IMG/VR virus record: IMGVR_UViG_3300049924_000292
Span: 1 to 28,396 of that record
Length of the DNA stretch: 28,396 nt
From: a virus
Taxonomy: Duplodnaviria; Caudoviricetes
Strand: one strand, 5' to 3'
Both the position numbers and the translations under genes were made by a program. The notes below the pieces were generated by a model. That model saw only the letters and a program-made list of their open reading frames with translations, had not been told where the DNA came from and made no database searches. Of this stretch, positions 25,940 to 28,396 are shown in pieces. Each line of letters starts with the position of its first letter. Position 1 is the first letter of the stretch.

Positions 25940-26407
25940 CTAACTCAATGAATCAGGTAGAGTTGTTCCTGCGTATCTTGCGCTGCTAAGAATAGCAAAT
26001 ACAGATGCAGTAACAGGATCGTTTACAGCTTCAACAGCATGAAGGTTCACGAACGGTTTACCATCAGGTAATTCTGAAGACCTAACATAGATCTCGATTA
26101 AAGTATCTTCACCTGGAACGGTATCGATACCAGAAACAGTTGCCTGAGAAACAGCTCCCCAAACACTTGAAGCTCCAGTTGTCTTACGCCTATAAGCGAA
26201 AGCAACAGCAGCAGCTCCAGTCCCTGAAGCATCACTTGATGCTAAAACAGTTAAAGTTGACTTACCAGTTGTTCCTCCCTTGTGAGATACAACAATAGTA
26301 GCTTCATCAAAGTTTTCCATGCTAAAAGCATCAGAATCTACGGTTCCAGCGAAACCATCGGCTGTTGGCCCTAATAGGCTTAAAAGCGCATTTTTTTCAG
26401 TAAACAT
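25940..26407 (-). CDS. Putative capsid decoration / cement protein
   Basis: Beta-rich, Ala/Ser/Thr-rich 155-aa protein directly after the capsid gene, with a GGAG RBS. Confidence 0.65.
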   Translation of the reverse strand: MFTEKNALLSLLGPTADGFAGTVDSDAFSMENFDEATIVVSHKGGTTGKSTLTVLASSDASGTGAAAVAFAYRRKTTGASSVWGAVSQATVSGIDTVPGEDTLIEIYVRSSELPDGKPFVNLHAVEAVNDPVTASVFAILSSARYAGTTLPDSLS

Positions 26408-26425
26408 TTTATTTCTCCAAATTTA

Positions 26426-26457
26426 ATAAATCTAAAAGGGGTGAGTTATCACCCCTT
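26426..26457 (-). terminator. Hairpin / leaky terminator after the capsid gene
   Basis: AAGGGGTGA-N4-TCACCCCTT followed on the - strand by TTAGATTTATT. Confidence 0.55.
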
Positions 26458-26464
26458 AAATTAA

Positions 26465-27781
26465 CTATGCTCTCTCAGCTAACCCTACGAATGGGGAAAC
26501 TGTAGCAGTTCCCTTATATGGGGTAAGAGCCTTATCCCATAGAGGCTGTCCATCTACTCGGTAAGTAAATTTATATGTCATTTCGTCATAAACGAATCTA
26601 ACATGCACAGATGCAGCTTGCTGCATTGTACCCTTATCGATTAATAGATATTGGCTGAAGTCAGCAGCAACAACGTCTCCTAAATCTCCTAAAGTATCGC
26701 TGTACTCAGTTGGAACAACTGGACGACCATACATTGTATCGTATGGGGCACCTGAAATTCCTGTTGCTGGTAGCAATACTGGATAACTGTTATTTCCAAC
26801 AGTTAAGGAAAGTACGTTAAGCTGTGGTTCGCAATCCTGATTGATTGTCCATACATAACTTCCTCTGCTTCTTACCCATAGGCGAGAACGCATTTTAGCA
26901 ATGTTGTTCAATACTATCGTATCAGCAGTCTGTCCGCTTTCTTTCGCCTGAGAAATGAAAGCAGCAGAATTCTTGATACCTAATGGCTGACCTGCTCCTG
27001 TTCCTCTGAAGATTGCATCATCCAACTTAAATGCAAACTCCTGCTTGAACCCTTCAGAAATAACGCTTTCAAGTGCGCTAGCATCCTGAAGAAGTTCTTC
27101 TGTCGCATAACAAAGACCAGTTAGTTTTTTTAGAACTAATGACATTGTTCTGAACTTAGGTCTTGAACCTGTATAAGCATCTGCTTCATTTTCCCAAAAA
27201 GCTTGAATACCACCCAACCTAGATCCGTTAGCTCTGCTTGATTCGTCGATAGCATTGATCTTTAGACCATTTGAATTTGGGCTAATACCAATCTTTGTAC
27301 AACGAGAAGCCAAAACAGATGTTTCATAAGCTCTCTTTATCAAACCAGCAGCTTCGTCTGTCTGAACAAGAAAACCACCATCAGCAGCCTGACTTTCGTT
27401 CAAGCCTGTAGCAGCTCTCATGATTTTCTGTGCTTTCTCAAGCTTTTCATTCCTTCTATGAGGACTGATACCAGCTTCTTTAACAGCCATTAACTGCTCA
27501 CCAAGAGATCTGAAAACGATACATTTACCGTTCTCATCTTCGCCTTCTTCTCTTGTTATTTTAACAATTGGCTCAGAAGTTGTTGACTTCTTTCTTTCCT
27601 GAAGTTTTGCTAAACGCTCAGATCTTTCGATCTCTTCAGAAAGTTCTTTTTCTTTACTTTCTAATGCAGCATATTCAGCTTTTTCTTCAGCAGTAAAAGA
27701 ACGAGCCTCGTCCTTTGCTTTCTTATTTAGAGCTGTCATCGAATCGATAACTTCGCCCCATTTCTTTCTTAATTCGTCCAC
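26465..27781 (-). CDS. Major capsid protein, HK97 fold, with N-terminal delta domain
   Basis: GTG at 27781 after GGAG. Coiled-coil N-terminus, DGGFLV, W..E, KKL, TEELLQD, GTGAGQPLGI, GRPV and RVDGQP. Confidence 0.95.
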   Translation of the reverse strand: MDELRKKWGEVIDSMTALNKKAKDEARSFTAEEKAEYAALESKEKELSEEIERSERLAKLQERKKSTTSEPIVKITREEGEDENGKCIVFRSLGEQLMAVKEAGISPHRRNEKLEKAQKIMRAATGLNESQAADGGFLVQTDEAAGLIKRAYETSVLASRCTKIGISPNSNGLKINAIDESSRANGSRLGGIQAFWENEADAYTGSRPKFRTMSLVLKKLTGLCYATEELLQDASALESVISEGFKQEFAFKLDDAIFRGTGAGQPLGIKNSAAFISQAKESGQTADTIVLNNIAKMRSRLWVRSRGSYVWTINQDCEPQLNVLSLTVGNNSYPVLLPATGISGAPYDTMYGRPVVPTEYSDTLGDLGDVVAADFSQYLLIDKGTMQQAASVHVRFVYDEMTYKFTYRVDGQPLWDKALTPYKGTATVSPFVGLAERA

Positions 27782-27860
27782 CTTAAAATCTCCAATAAAA
27801 TTAATAAAATTTGCGCTGCGCTCCAATTCAACGGAATTGAGAAAATAGCACTTTAATACT

Positions 27861-28361
27861 ATGATTGGTGCGCTGGTTTTTTTTGGCAACTACCCATATT
27901 TTTTTAAAAGGATTACAATATCCAAAGAGAGGCTCTTAGCAGGAGATTTTCTGTCTACGTTTAAAACAGGTTTTATTCACGAAACTAAAGTTTTTCTAAA
28001 ACTTCTACAAATGGGGTATAATGTTGTGTTTCCTGCAATCCCTACACAATGGGATATTGGCATAGAAAAAAATGGTCGAATAATCAAAATACAATGCAAA
28101 ACAGGGTTCAGAGCTAAAAAAGATCCGCATAGGTTACGATTTCGTCCTATAAGGGGTAGGTATGGAAAGACTAAGAAATATCGTAAATCAGAGGTGGATT
28201 TCTTTGCCGTCTACTGTAGGGAAAAAGATCAAATATTTATGTTCTCATTAGAAGAAGTTCTCGGAGTAACGGAAGCTTGCCTAAGCTTCTCTGTCCGTAG
28301 AGAAAAATCATGCACAAGAGGCTCCCCAGAACAAAGAAGACTAGAAAACTTTAAATTTTAA
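27861..28361 (+). CDS. PD-(D/E)XK endonuclease of the group I intron-associated type (PDDEXK_5-like), probable free-standing homing endonuclease
   Basis: G..HE.KV...LL..GY.V..P....WDI.I......KIQCKT...Y...EVDFFAVY. The true start is uncertain and may be CTG 27951 after AGGAG. Confidence 0.78.
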   Translation: MIGALVFFGNYPYFFKRITISKERLLAGDFLSTFKTGFIHETKVFLKLLQMGYNVVFPAIPTQWDIGIEKNGRIIKIQCKTGFRAKKDPHRLRFRPIRGRYGKTKKYRKSEVDFFAVYCREKDQIFMFSLEEVLGVTEACLSFSVRREKSCTRGSPEQRRLENFKF

Positions 28362-28396
28362 TCTCTTCTTTTTAAGCTCAATTTCCCTGTCAACGC

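Noticed and set aside
27782-27889. 36-aa N-terminal extension of the capsid ORF in the track (start 27889)
   Set aside because: GTG 27781 has a GGAG RBS and begins the coiled-coil delta domain. The extension looks like leader sequence and contains a small CAATTC/GAATTG hairpin.
1-28396. tRNA, rRNA, integrase/att sites, IS elements or a host assignment
   Set aside because: None was recognisable by eye. Intergenic gaps are short and nothing in the window identifies the host reliably.

Overview
This AT-rich window is part of a tailed, siphovirus-like dsDNA phage or prophage, organised as two converging arms that meet at a strong terminator near 8.5 kb. The + strand arm (1-8.5 kb) carries DNA-metabolism and accessory genes: two N6-adenine methyltransferases, a Cas4-like PD-(D/E)XK nuclease, an SF2 helicase, several Cys-rich small proteins, a lipoprotein and a membrane-anchored SLT transglycosylase. 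The - strand arm (27.8 to 8.5 kb) is a morphogenesis and lysis operon: HK97-fold capsid, decoration protein, head-tail connectors, tail tube, tail chaperones with a -1 frameshift, tape measure, tail tip, tail fibre, T4-type lysozyme and holin-like genes. A free-standing PD-(D/E)XK endonuclease lies antisense just upstream of the capsid gene. The most unusual observations are: (1) the same 110-aa domain, about 50% identical without gaps, inserted into both the head-tail connector and the tail tube; (2) a stand-alone PAS sensor gene overlapping a holin-like gene in the late operon; (3) a candidate ~90-nt sRNA complementary to the ribosome-binding site of an early gene; (4) a candidate Pol-beta-fold nucleotidyltransferase and a PLA2-like protein; (5) an in-frame TAA that may split the tail-tip protein. 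All family calls come from motif recognition by eye; no database search was run.
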